From Sphingobacteriaceae bacterium (GTDB lineage: Bacteria; Bacteroidota; Bacteroidia; Sphingobacteriales; Sphingobacteriaceae), in contig JAIELS010000049.1 of the NCBI GenBank assembly GCA_019752795.1, positions 1-55,729 on the forward strand: a stretch of DNA of 55,729 bases, read 5' to 3'. Below, piece by piece: positions 1 through 9,199 of this stretch (positions within the stretch are counted from its first letter, which is position 1; every line of letters begins with the position of its first letter). The notes under the pieces were generated by a model. The model ran no database searches and was not told the origin of the DNA. It saw only the letters and a program-made list of their open reading frames with translations. Both the position numbers and the translations under genes were made by a program.

Positions 1-1
1 T

Positions 2-310
2 ACCGTTAACGGTAAAGACCACAAAGAATATTTCCCTACGTTACCATTACAATACATTGTTAACCAATCATTCGAAGTTTCTGAATTGACTGGTAAATAT
101 GATGTAACAGTAAATGTAAACGGTGGTGGAGTAAAAGGACAAGCAGAAGCAGTTCGCTTGGCAATCGCTAAGGCTATTGTTGAATTAGATGCTGAGAAAA
201 AACCAGCATTACGTGCTAAAGGGTTAATGACCCGTGATATGCGTATGGTTGAACGTAAGAAACCAGGACGTAAAAAAGCACGTAAGAAATTCCAATTCAG
301 TAAACGTTAA
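2..310 (+). CDS. rpsI: 30S ribosomal protein S9 (5'-truncated by window edge)
   Basis: Frame is open from base 2 (TVNGKDHKEYFP...). Contains GGGVKGQAEAVRLAIA and the C-terminal RKKPG...QFSKR typical of uS9. Confidence 0.97.
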   Translation, partial: TVNGKDHKEYFPTLPLQYIVNQSFEVSELTGKYDVTVNVNGGGVKGQAEAVRLAIAKAIVELDAEKKPALRAKGLMTRDMRMVERKKPGRKKARKKFQFSKR

Positions 311-330
311 TCTTAAAGGAGACAAACACA

Positions 331-1176
331 ATGGCAAGAACTACATATCAAGACTTATTGGATGCAGGTGTACACTTTGGTCACCTTACCCGCAAATGGA
401 ATCCGAAAATGGCACCATATATTTTTATGGAACGCAATGGGATTCACATTATAGATTTAAATAAAACTTTAACTAAAACTGAAGAAGCTGCAGCAGCGAT
501 TAAACAAATCGTAAAATCAGGTCGTAAGATCTTATTCGTAGCTACTAAGAAACAAGCTAAAGAAATCGTTGCTGAACAAGCAAGAAAAGTAAACATGCCT
601 TTCGTAACCGAACGTTGGTTAGGTGGTATGTTAACCAACTTCGCTACAGTACGTAAGTCAATTAAAAAGATGGTTACCATCGATAAAATGACTAAAGACG
701 GTACTTACTCAATTCTTTCTAAGAAAGAGCGTTTGATGATCCAACGTGAGCGTATCAAATTAGAAAGTTTATTAGGTGGTATTGCAGATTTAAACCGTTT
801 ACCGGCTGCAATTTTCTTAATCGACGTTAAAAAAGAGCATATTGCTGTAGCAGAAGCGATGAAATTAAACATCCCAACTTTTGCAATGGTTGATACTAAC
901 TCTGATCCATCTAACATCGATTTCCCAATTCCGGCTAATGATGATGCAACTAAATCAATTTTATTGATCACTGATGTAATTATCAAAGCAATTGAAGAAG
1001 GTTTAGATGAGCGTAAACGCGAAAAAGACGATGAAGCTGAAAAAGAAGCTGTAGCTGTTAAAACTGCTGCTGATGCTCCAGAGACAAAAGAACCAAGAGA
1101 AGCTGGTGCTAAAAGACCAACTAAAAAAGAAACTGCTGAAGCACAAGCATCATCAGAAGATTCTACAGAAGCATAA
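331..1176 (+). CDS. rpsB: 30S ribosomal protein S2
   Basis: AGVHFGH..WNPKM, RWLGGMLTN and IPANDD motifs; sits between rpsI and tsf. Confidence 0.98.
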   Translation: MARTTYQDLLDAGVHFGHLTRKWNPKMAPYIFMERNGIHIIDLNKTLTKTEEAAAAIKQIVKSGRKILFVATKKQAKEIVAEQARKVNMPFVTERWLGGMLTNFATVRKSIKKMVTIDKMTKDGTYSILSKKERLMIQRERIKLESLLGGIADLNRLPAAIFLIDVKKEHIAVAEAMKLNIPTFAMVDTNSDPSNIDFPIPANDDATKSILLITDVIIKAIEEGLDERKREKDDEAEKEAVAVKTAADAPETKEPREAGAKRPTKKETAEAQASSEDSTEA

Positions 1177-1180
1177 TTTA

Positions 1181-1244
1181 AGTTGTGGGTTGAGAGTTAC
1201 GAGTTGCGGGTTTACCCATAGCCTTGTAACCTTCAACCCATAAT
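1181..1244 (+). repeat. 7-nt-periodic imperfect hairpin between rpsB and tsf
   Basis: agttgtg ggttgag agttacg agttgcg ggtttac followed by the complementary arm ccatagc cttgtaac cttcaac ccataat. Confidence 0.7.
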
Positions 1245-1274
1245 ATTTTATAAAAAAATTAAAAAACATACAAA

Positions 1275-2120
1275 ATGTCAACAGTACAAATTACTGCCGC
1301 AGATGTAAATAAGCTACGCCAACAAACTGGCGCTGGTATGATGGATTGCAAAAAAGCTTTAGTAGAAGCTAATGGCGATTTCGAAGCTGCGGTTGATTTA
1401 TTGCGCAAAAAAGGTCAAAAAGTATCTGCCGCTCGTTCTGGTAATGCTACTTCTGAAGGTCTAGTATCAATCCAAGTTTCAGCAGATGGTACAAATGGTA
1501 AATTAGTTGCTTTAGCTTGCGAAACTGAACCAGTTTCTAAAGTTGAAGATTTCCGTAATCTTGCTCAAGCTGTTTTAGCTGCCGCAGTTGCTAACAATCC
1601 TGCTTCTGCAGAAGAATTAGCAGCAATTACATTAGAAGATGGACGTACAGTTGCCGAAACGATTACTGAATTAACTGGTAAAATCGGTGAGAAAATTGTT
1701 ATTCAAGAGTACGCAAATGTATCTGGCGAAAAAATCGTTTCTTATATCCACTCTAACGGTAAAATGGGTGTTTTAGTTGTGTTTGAAGGTGCTAATGGCA
1801 CAGATATTACTGAAGCTGGTAAAGATGTTGCAATGCAAATTGCTGCAATGAACCCAGTTGCTGTTGATAAAGACGGTGTTGATCCAGCTACTATTGAGCG
1901 TGAAATCGAAATTGCAAAAGATGTAATCCGTGCAGAAGGTAAACCAGAAGAAATGGTTGAAAAAATTGCTGCTGGTAAATTGAACAAATTCTACAAAGAC
2001 AGTACTTTATTAAACCAAGAGTTTGTTAAAGATGGTTCAGTGGATGTTCGTAAATTTTTAGACAATACTGTTAAAGGTTTAACAGTAACAGCTTTCAAAA
2101 GAGTACAATTAGGCGCTTAA
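1275..2120 (+). CDS. tsf: Elongation factor Ts
   Basis: LRQQTGAGMMDCKKAL, CETEPV (ETDFV-like), GEKI and SYIH motifs. Confidence 0.98.
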   Translation: MSTVQITAADVNKLRQQTGAGMMDCKKALVEANGDFEAAVDLLRKKGQKVSAARSGNATSEGLVSIQVSADGTNGKLVALACETEPVSKVEDFRNLAQAVLAAAVANNPASAEELAAITLEDGRTVAETITELTGKIGEKIVIQEYANVSGEKIVSYIHSNGKMGVLVVFEGANGTDITEAGKDVAMQIAAMNPVAVDKDGVDPATIEREIEIAKDVIRAEGKPEEMVEKIAAGKLNKFYKDSTLLNQEFVKDGSVDVRKFLDNTVKGLTVTAFKRVQLGA

Positions 2121-2140
2121 TTTTTAAGCAAATCCATATT

Positions 2141-2169
2141 AAAAAGTCCCGATTTATCGGGACTTTTTT
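2141..2169 (+). terminator. Intrinsic terminator after tsf
   Basis: AAAAAGTCCCGA-TTTA-TCGGGACTTTTTT. Confidence 0.9.
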
Positions 2170-2260
2170 GTTTTACTCTAATTGTTATTACGAGCAGCGA
2201 ATTGAAGAAAGGTTCTGCTTTTTCTCAAACAAACTTATATTTGTAAAATAATTTCATCCT

Positions 2261-3358
2261 ATGATTGCCATAACAAATAGTCGTTTTTTTAGAGCTAGTA
2301 AATTAATAGCAAATCAAACAGTGCTTATTAATGAAGGAAAAATTTCAGCCTTTACAGACGGAACTATTCCTGATGGATATGTAGTTTATGATGCCGAGCA
2401 AAACTATTTAGTGCCTGGTTTTATAGATTTACAAATATACGGGAGCAGTGGCAATCTGTTCTCTGCTTACCCAACAGTAGAGACTTTAGCACAAATGGAT
2501 GAAGATCTTATTGCTAAAGGCACAACCGGATTTTTAGCTTGTGTGGCAACTAATACCAAAGAAATTGTAGAAAAGTCTATTTTAGCGGCAAAAGCCTATC
2601 GCCCAATGGCGAAAGCTTTTTTAGGTTTACACCTAGAAGGACCATATTTAAATGCGAAAAGACGCGGGGCACACGTTGCTGATTATATTAAGAAAGCTAC
2701 CCTAACTGAGGTAAAGGAGTTACTAGAATTAGCAGATGGCGTAGTAAAAATGATGACCATTGCCCCAGAGTTACAAGATGATGAAGTTATTCAACTTTTA
2801 TTGCAACACGGTGTGGTTCTTTCGATAGGCCATAGCGACGCAACTTTTGAACAAACTACAGATGCCTACAACAAAGGCATTAGCACAACAACGCATTTGT
2901 TTAACGCCATGCCATCAATTCATCACCGTGAACCAAACTTACCAACGGCATTTTTTAATCATCCTAAAGCAATGGCAAGTATAATAGCTGATGGGAACCA
3001 TGTAAATTTTGAGGTAATAAAAATGAGTCATAAATTGGCAAAAGATAGGTTGTTTTTAATAACCGATGCTGTTGCATCTTGTAATATTGGCCCCTATCAG
3101 CACAAGTTGGTCGGAGATAAATTTGTGACCACAGATGGTACGCTTTCTGGTTCAAATATTACAATGTTACAAGCGGTACAAAATTGTGTAAATCATTGTG
3201 ATATCAGTTTATCGGATGCCTTAAAAATGGCTTCTAACATACCCGCAAGTTTAATTGATAGGGAAAATTTAAATGGAAAAATTGAAATTGGTTTTGAAGC
3301 CGATTTACTGATATTATCATCAGAATTAAACTTAATTAAGGTTTTTAAAAATTCCTGA
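2261..3358 (+). CDS. nagA: N-acetylglucosamine-6-phosphate deacetylase
   Basis: PGFIDLQIYG, HLEGPY, RGAH, THLFNAM and ITDA motifs. A TATATTTG -7 element lies at 2236-2243. Confidence 0.93.
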   Translation: MIAITNSRFFRASKLIANQTVLINEGKISAFTDGTIPDGYVVYDAEQNYLVPGFIDLQIYGSSGNLFSAYPTVETLAQMDEDLIAKGTTGFLACVATNTKEIVEKSILAAKAYRPMAKAFLGLHLEGPYLNAKRRGAHVADYIKKATLTEVKELLELADGVVKMMTIAPELQDDEVIQLLLQHGVVLSIGHSDATFEQTTDAYNKGISTTTHLFNAMPSIHHREPNLPTAFFNHPKAMASIIADGNHVNFEVIKMSHKLAKDRLFLITDAVASCNIGPYQHKLVGDKFVTTDGTLSGSNITMLQAVQNCVNHCDISLSDALKMASNIPASLIDRENLNGKIEIGFEADLLILSSELNLIKVFKNS

Positions 3359-3413
3359 AACTTTATTCTTCTCAAAGGAGGTTTAATTAAAAAATGTGGT
3401 TATTTTTGAGCTC

Positions 3414-4121
3414 ATGAAGTATAAACGGATTTTACTAAAGTTAAGCGGCGAATCGCTGATGGGCGAAAAGCAGTACGGAATTGACAATGAGCGTGTTAGG
3501 CAATATGCCGAAGATATCAAAGCAGTTCACGACAAAGGCTTAGAAATAGCCATCGTTATTGGTGGGGGTAATATTTTTAGAGGTTTGAGTGCTGAAAAAT
3601 CTGGAATGGATAGAGCACAAGCCGATTACATGGGGATGTTGGCAACTGTTATTAACAGTATGGCTTTACAAGATGCTTTAGAAAAAGTAGGCTTAAAAAC
3701 ACGTTTATTATCAGCTATTAAAATGGAGCAAATCTGTGAGCCATTTGTACGCAGAAGAGCAATGCGTCACTTAGAAAAAGGTAGAGTCGTTATTTTTGGT
3801 GCAGGTACCGGAAACCCTTACTTCACAACAGATTCTGCAGCAGCATTAAGAGCAATTGAAATTAATGCAGATGCCGTATTGAAAGGGACACGTGTAGATG
3901 GAATTTACACTGCAGATCCTGAGAAAGATCCGACGGCAACTAAATATGCTGAAATATCTTTTAAAGAAGTTTACGCTAAAGGCTTAAATGTAATGGATAT
4001 GACAGCTTTCACTTTGTGTGAAGAAAACAATGTTCCAATTATCGTGTTTGATATGAATAAGCCAGGTAATTTTATGAAAATCGCAGATGGCGAAGAAATA
4101 GGTACCTTAGTAAAAGGCTAA
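3414..4121 (+). CDS. pyrH: UMP kinase
   Basis: [18 protein letters not shown] and [10 protein letters not shown] motifs. ATG at 3414 preferred over the GTG at 3396. Confidence 0.97.
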   Translation: MKYKRILLKLSGESLMGEKQYGIDNERVRQYAEDIKAVHDKGLEIAIVIGGGNIFRGLSAEKSGMDRAQADYMGMLATVINSMALQDALEKVGLKTRLLSAIKMEQICEPFVRRRAMRHLEKGRVVIFGAGTGNPYFTTDSAAALRAIEINADAVLKGTRVDGIYTADPEKDPTATKYAEISFKEVYAKGLNVMDMTAFTLCEENNVPIIVFDMNKPGNFMKIADGEEIGTLVKG

Positions 4122-4162
4122 ATTTGCCTATTTTTTATATTTTTGAATAAATACTACAAATT

Positions 4163-4726
4163 ATGAATGACCTCATAAAGAAACAACTACAAGATGCACA
4201 AGCAACAATGGATAAGGCAATTGCCCATTGTGAAGCAGAATTAACTAAAATTAGAGCCGGTAAAGCGTCTGCAGGAATGTTAGATGGAATTATGGTTGAT
4301 TATTACGGTAACCCAACTCCATTAGCTCAAGTTGGAGGAATTACTACTCCAGATGCTCGTACTTTAATTATTCAGCCTTGGGAAAAACAACTTCTAGTTC
4401 CTATTGAAAGAGCAATTATGGAGGCGAATATTGGTATTAATCCTCAAAATGATGGTGTAATTATTCGTTTAGTCGTACCTCCTTTAACAGAAGAGCGTCG
4501 TAAAGATTTAGTTAAAAAAGTGAAGGAAGAAGCTGAAAGAGGGCGAATTACTGTTCGTAATATCCGTAAAGATGCCAACACAAAAATCCAAAAATTAAAA
4601 GGAGAAAGTGTTTCTGATGATGAGATAAAAACAGGAGAAGGTGAGGTTCAGAAAATAACGGATGCTTATATTTTAAAAGTAGATAAGCACGCTGAGTTAA
4701 AAGAAAAAGATATCATGACGATTTAA
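4163..4726 (+). CDS. frr: Ribosome recycling factor
   Basis: IRAGKAS, YYGNPTPL and PPLTEERRK motifs; follows pyrH. Confidence 0.97.
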   Translation: MNDLIKKQLQDAQATMDKAIAHCEAELTKIRAGKASAGMLDGIMVDYYGNPTPLAQVGGITTPDARTLIIQPWEKQLLVPIERAIMEANIGINPQNDGVIIRLVVPPLTEERRKDLVKKVKEEAERGRITVRNIRKDANTKIQKLKGESVSDDEIKTGEGEVQKITDAYILKVDKHAELKEKDIMTI

Positions 4727-4752
4727 TTTATATATCGTTAAAATGTAATATA

Positions 4753-4783
4753 AAAGGGAATGTAGCTGAGCTTCATTCCCTTT
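4753..4783 (+). terminator. Hairpin/terminator after frr
   Basis: AAAGGGAATG...CATTCCCTTT followed by a T-rich tract. Confidence 0.7.
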
Positions 4784-4814
4784 GTTTATTTTTGTACCCC
4801 AAACAAAAAAAATA

Positions 4815-6563
4815 ATGAATTTACTTCTACAATATTTAAAAGCATACAAATGGGTTGTAGTTTTAGCCCTAGTTCTCGCTGCATTTAACATCGGTTTCTC
4901 TTTATTAGACCCATATTTTACAGGTCAAATTTTGGATAAGTATATTAATAGACATACTGAATTAAGTAGAAGCGAGTACATTTGGGGTGTTTTAGGTTTA
5001 GTTGGTTTAGCTGTTGGAGCTGCAATGGTATCGAGAATTGCTAAAAATCTGCAGGATTATTTTACCAATATTATTGTACAAAAAGTTGGAGCAAAGATGT
5101 ATGCAGATGGTTTGAAGCATTCTTTAGAATTGCCTTATCAAGTTTTTGAAGACCAAAGAAGCGGAGAAACTTTAGGGATTTTACAAAAAGTAAGAACTGA
5201 TAGCGAAAAGTTCATTACTTCATTTATTAGTGTGCTTTTTGTAAGCTTAATTGGTTTAATCTTCGTAATCGTCTATTCGCTCAGCGTAAGTTATAAAGTG
5301 TCGTTGATTTATGCTGCATCAATTCCTATTATTAGTTTTTTAAGCTGGTTCTTAAGTCGTAAAATTAAAACAATACAACGTTCTATCGTTGCAGAAACTA
5401 CTGCTTTGGCAGGCTCAACAACTGAGTCATTACGCAATATAGAGTTGGTAAAAAGTTTAGGCTTGGCTAGTCAGGAAATAGAACGATTAAACAAAACTAC
5501 CTATAAAATTTTAGGCTTAGAATTACGAAAAGTAAAATATGTGCGAAGCATGAGTTTTGTACAAGGTACAACTGTAAATTTGGTTAGAAGCACAATGGTT
5601 GTGGTTTTATTGATGTTAATATTTGATAAAGCTATTACACCAGGGCAATATTTTTCCTTTCTATTTTATTCATTTTTTCTTTTTGGGCCACTACAAGAAT
5701 TGGGAAATGTAATACTTACGTGGAGAGAAGCAGAAGTTTCTTTAGGGAATTTTAAAAAAATACTAAATACTCCAATTGATGTAAAACCTGCAAATCCATC
5801 GCCAATTAATAAAGTGGAAAATTTAGAATTTAGCAATGTTAGCTTTAGACATTTAACAGGCAAACATAATGCTTTGAATCAAGTAAGCTTTAAAGTTAGT
5901 AACGGAGAAACGATTGCTTTTGTAGGCCCATCTGGTTCTGGTAAAACAACCTTAGTAAAGTTATTGGTTGGTTTATATCAACCAGTAGAAGGCGAGGTTT
6001 TTTACAATTCAATTTCTGGAAAGCAAATAGACTTAGACCAATTGAGAGAAAAAATTGGATTTGTAACTCAAGATACGCAACTTTTCTCAGGTACCATTAG
6101 AGAGAATTTACAATTTGTAAAACCTTTTGCAACAGATGAGGATTGTATGCGAGTATTACATCAGGCTGCATGCCATAATCTTTTGGCAAGAGCAGATAAA
6201 GGTTTAGATACTGTTATTGGCGAAGGTGGCGTTAAAGTTTCTGGAGGAGAAAAACAGCGTTTATCTATTGCTAGAGCTTTATTACGTAATCCTGATATTT
6301 TAGTTTTTGATGAAGCAACATCTGCATTAGACTCATTAACAGAAGAAGAAATTACAGCAACAATTAGAGATGTATCTGTATTAACTAGCCATGTTACGAT
6401 ATTAATTGCACACCGTTTATCTACAATTCGCCATGCGGATAGAATTTATGTGTTAGAAAAAGGAAATATTATTGAGCAAGGTAAACATGAAGATTTATTG
6501 GTAGAAAAGGGACTTTACTACGCGATGTGGAGACAGCAAGTTGGTGAAAGGTTAGATAATTAA
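4815..6563 (+). CDS. ABC exporter, fused permease/ATPase
   Basis: N-terminal TM helices, Walker A GPSGSGKT, signature VSGGEKQR, DEATSALD. ATG 4815 follows a TATTTTTG element at 4787-4794. Confidence 0.93.
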   Translation: MNLLLQYLKAYKWVVVLALVLAAFNIGFSLLDPYFTGQILDKYINRHTELSRSEYIWGVLGLVGLAVGAAMVSRIAKNLQDYFTNIIVQKVGAKMYADGLKHSLELPYQVFEDQRSGETLGILQKVRTDSEKFITSFISVLFVSLIGLIFVIVYSLSVSYKVSLIYAASIPIISFLSWFLSRKIKTIQRSIVAETTALAGSTTESLRNIELVKSLGLASQEIERLNKTTYKILGLELRKVKYVRSMSFVQGTTVNLVRSTMVVVLLMLIFDKAITPGQYFSFLFYSFFLFGPLQELGNVILTWREAEVSLGNFKKILNTPIDVKPANPSPINKVENLEFSNVSFRHLTGKHNALNQVSFKVSNGETIAFVGPSGSGKTTLVKLLVGLYQPVEGEVFYNSISGKQIDLDQLREKIGFVTQDTQLFSGTIRENLQFVKPFATDEDCMRVLHQAACHNLLARADKGLDTVIGEGGVKVSGGEKQRLSIARALLRNPDILVFDEATSALDSLTEEEITATIRDVSVLTSHVTILIAHRLSTIRHADRIYVLEKGNIIEQGKHEDLLVEKGLYYAMWRQQVGERLDN

Positions 6564-6600
6564 GTTAATTGGTTAATTAATCAATGTGCTAATTAGCTAA

Positions 6601-7893
6601 TTAAATTTGATCTTTAATATTATCTGCTGGTTTAATGTCTGCTAAGGTTAATGGCAATAAAGTTTTAGTCTTAAAATAAGTTATTCCAGCAACGATTAAA
6701 GTCATGCTACCTCCAAAAACAACAGCAGGTACTGTGCGCATCAGCTTTGCTGTTAAACCAGATTCAAAAGCGCCAATTTCATTTGAAGAACCAATAAACA
6801 TACTGTTTACAGCAGACACTCTACCTCGCATTTGATCTGGTGTAAGCAATTGCATAATGGTAGAACGAATAATTACACTTACACTATCAAAAGCACCTTC
6901 ACAAAACAAAAAGAATAAGGTAAGATAAAAACTCTTAGACAAACCATAACAGATGATACTGAAGGCAAAGCCAGTAACAGCGATCAATAAATTTCGCCAA
7001 GGTTTATTCATCGGAGAAAATCTTGTCATGGCCAACATTGTTAACATAGCGCCGGCTGATGCTGCCGCTCGCATAATACCTAATCCTTCTGGACCAACTT
7101 TAAGTATATCGTTAGCGAAAACAGGTAATAACGCCACTGCTCCGCCAAAAAAGACAGAAAATAAGTCTAAACTCATGGCGCCAAGCATCATTTTACTTTT
7201 AAAAACAAAGTTGATCCCCTCTGTTAAGCTTTTTACAATTTTCTCTTTAGGTATAAACTGAGGCGGATGCGGATTAAGAAAGAAAATACACACCAACGCG
7301 ATGAAGATAAATACGATGATGACAACATAAGACACTGTAATGCCTAAAAAGCCATAAATAATTCCGCCTGCAAATGGACCTAAAATTGAGGCGAATTGCC
7401 AGCTTGAACTACTCCAAGTTGCAGCATTAGGGTAAAGTTCTTTGGGTAAAATTTGTGCCATTAACGAGAACGTTGCTGGGCCGAAAAAACCTCGGGCTAA
7501 GCCAACCCCAAAAATCATACAATACATAATAGGCACGATGTACGAAGTAGGCACATAATTATGCATTTGACCTGAAGTAACAATTAACATTACGATGGAA
7601 CATAAAAATACCCCGCTAAATATTTTTAATAGTAAGCCTCTTTTCTCAGATTTATCTGCAACATATCCGCCATATAACGCAATACCGATAGCAGGTACAG
7701 CTTCGCATAAGCCAATTAAACCCAAGGCTAAGGGATCTTTAGTGAGGTGATAAATATGAAAGCCAATAATTACAGCTTGCATTTGGTACGCAAACGTGAA
7801 GAAAAATCGCATGCCCAAATAAGAGCGAAACTCTCTATATCTCAGTGCTGCAAATGAATCCTTTTTTTCTTCGGTAGCGGATAAATCTTTCAA
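6601..7893 (-). CDS. MFS transporter (MFS_3/EntS-like)
   Basis: About 12 hydrophobic segments; GGYVADK and MRGRV loop motifs. Confidence 0.88.
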   Translation of the reverse strand: MKDLSATEEKKDSFAALRYREFRSYLGMRFFFTFAYQMQAVIIGFHIYHLTKDPLALGLIGLCEAVPAIGIALYGGYVADKSEKRGLLLKIFSGVFLCSIVMLIVTSGQMHNYVPTSYIVPIMYCMIFGVGLARGFFGPATFSLMAQILPKELYPNAATWSSSSWQFASILGPFAGGIIYGFLGITVSYVVIIVFIFIALVCIFFLNPHPPQFIPKEKIVKSLTEGINFVFKSKMMLGAMSLDLFSVFFGGAVALLPVFANDILKVGPEGLGIMRAAASAGAMLTMLAMTRFSPMNKPWRNLLIAVTGFAFSIICYGLSKSFYLTLFFLFCEGAFDSVSVIIRSTIMQLLTPDQMRGRVSAVNSMFIGSSNEIGAFESGLTAKLMRTVPAVVFGGSMTLIVAGITYFKTKTLLPLTLADIKPADNIKDQI

Positions 7894-7915
7894 TTGTTGA
7901 TTTCTTATTTCACTT

Positions 7916-8314
7916 CTAAATTAACGGTTCTGCCGGATTATTTTTGTAATAATCTAGTTTGTATTGAAACATTTCGCTCATTCTCGCGGCTCTCCACTTG
8001 GCTTCTTCTGCTTTTTCACCTATAAAATGATCATCAATGGTTTGGTACCATAACGCTATCCAAGTATCGAAATGCTCTTTAGCTATTGGTAATTTGGCAT
8101 GTTTTAGAAACGGACTTCCACTATATGCTGGTGTTTCTAAAAGTATGGTTTGCCAAAAATCATACATTCTTTGTAAATGCTTTTCCCAATTATTTCCTAT
8201 AACGCCATTAAAAATTGGAGCCAATAACTCATTTGCTCTTATTCTACCGTAAAAGTCATCGACTAAAATTTTTACGTCTGTTATGCTGAAAATATCTTTG
8301 CTTTCGGATTCCAT
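7916..8314 (-). CDS. Group III truncated hemoglobin
   Basis: LVDDFYGRIR..LAPIF, HLQRMYDFW, YSGSPFLKH and HFDTWIALW motifs. Start taken at MESESK. Confidence 0.88.
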   Translation of the reverse strand: MESESKDIFSITDVKILVDDFYGRIRANELLAPIFNGVIGNNWEKHLQRMYDFWQTILLETPAYSGSPFLKHAKLPIAKEHFDTWIALWYQTIDDHFIGEKAEEAKWRAARMSEMFQYKLDYYKNNPAEPLI

Positions 8315-8406
8315 ATACCTTATTGCTAAAAACAAATATATGTTGTTGAGTTTTATTTAACTAAAATGCACTCATAAAATGACCTGATCTTGGTATTTCT
8401 AAATGA

Positions 8407-9039
8407 TTAGATTACTTTATTATAAAAATCTCTATAAGCTTCATACATATTATCTGCCTGATTAATTGCCGCAGAAACAGCTATGCCATAAACATTAGTC
8501 TCTAACAATGCTTCAACATCCGCTAGGGTAACTCCTCCAACAGCTAAAAATGGGAAATTAAGATTTTTCAATTGAAGTTGCTCAGTCGCATAAGAATATC
8601 CCTTAAAACCAAGAATTGGGGCATTATTTGGTTTAGTCTTTGTGATAGAAAAAGGGCCAAAACCGGCATAGTCAGCACCCTCAGTAGCTAATCTTATTAA
8701 GTTTTCTACAGAGTTTGCAGAACCACCTAAAGTATATTCTTCACCAATAAGCTTACGCAAAGCAATAAAATCAGCATCCATATCTTCTATATGAAAACCT
8801 TGAATGTCTGCCTTTCCTTTTAAATGGATATGGTCGGTAACAATTAAAGTTGCTCCCCAATCATCACATATTTCGGCAATTATATTGATGTCTTTCAAAA
8901 GATCCTCGTCAGTTTTTGTTAAACAACGATATTGAATCCATTTTGCGCCTGCTTCACAAGCCAGTTGTGCTTGCTCAATATGAGTATGTTGTGGGATATC
9001 ATGCGTAATGAACTGTAGTTTTTCGATATATTTTTTCAT
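8407..9039 (-). CDS. thiE: Thiamine phosphate synthase
   Basis: WIQYR, GADYAGFGPF..TKTK, AVGG and GIAVSAAI motifs; downstream of a TPP riboswitch operon. Start taken at MKKYIEK. Confidence 0.85.
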   Translation of the reverse strand: MKKYIEKLQFITHDIPQHTHIEQAQLACEAGAKWIQYRCLTKTDEDLLKDINIIAEICDDWGATLIVTDHIHLKGKADIQGFHIEDMDADFIALRKLIGEEYTLGGSANSVENLIRLATEGADYAGFGPFSITKTKPNNAPILGFKGYSYATEQLQLKNLNFPFLAVGGVTLADVEALLETNVYGIAVSAAINQADNMYEAYRDFYNKVI

Positions 9040-9056
9040 TTGTAGATAAAATTTCC

Positions 9057-9169
9057 CGTCATTTCTAGTGAGCAAAGCGACGAGAAATCCCTAAATTTAA
9101 ATCACTTTTTTAGTGCATAGTGATAATTAAAAAGAGATATCTCCTCGCTGTGCTTCGTTCGATATGACG
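9057..9169. repeat. Degenerate palindromic (REP/MITE-like) repeat, GTCAT...ATGAC type
   Basis: Termini CGTCAT/ATGACG and inner arms GAGAAATCCC/GAGATATCTC around an AT-rich centre. Confidence 0.6.
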
Positions 9170-9199
9170 AGTTTGGTATTGTTTTGGTCTTTCGGCTAT

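Noticed and set aside
6564-6604. TTAATT(G/A)G-type short repeats forming a palindrome between the ABC and MFS genes
   Set aside because: Short and extremely AT-rich; cannot be distinguished from a weak bidirectional terminator or chance.
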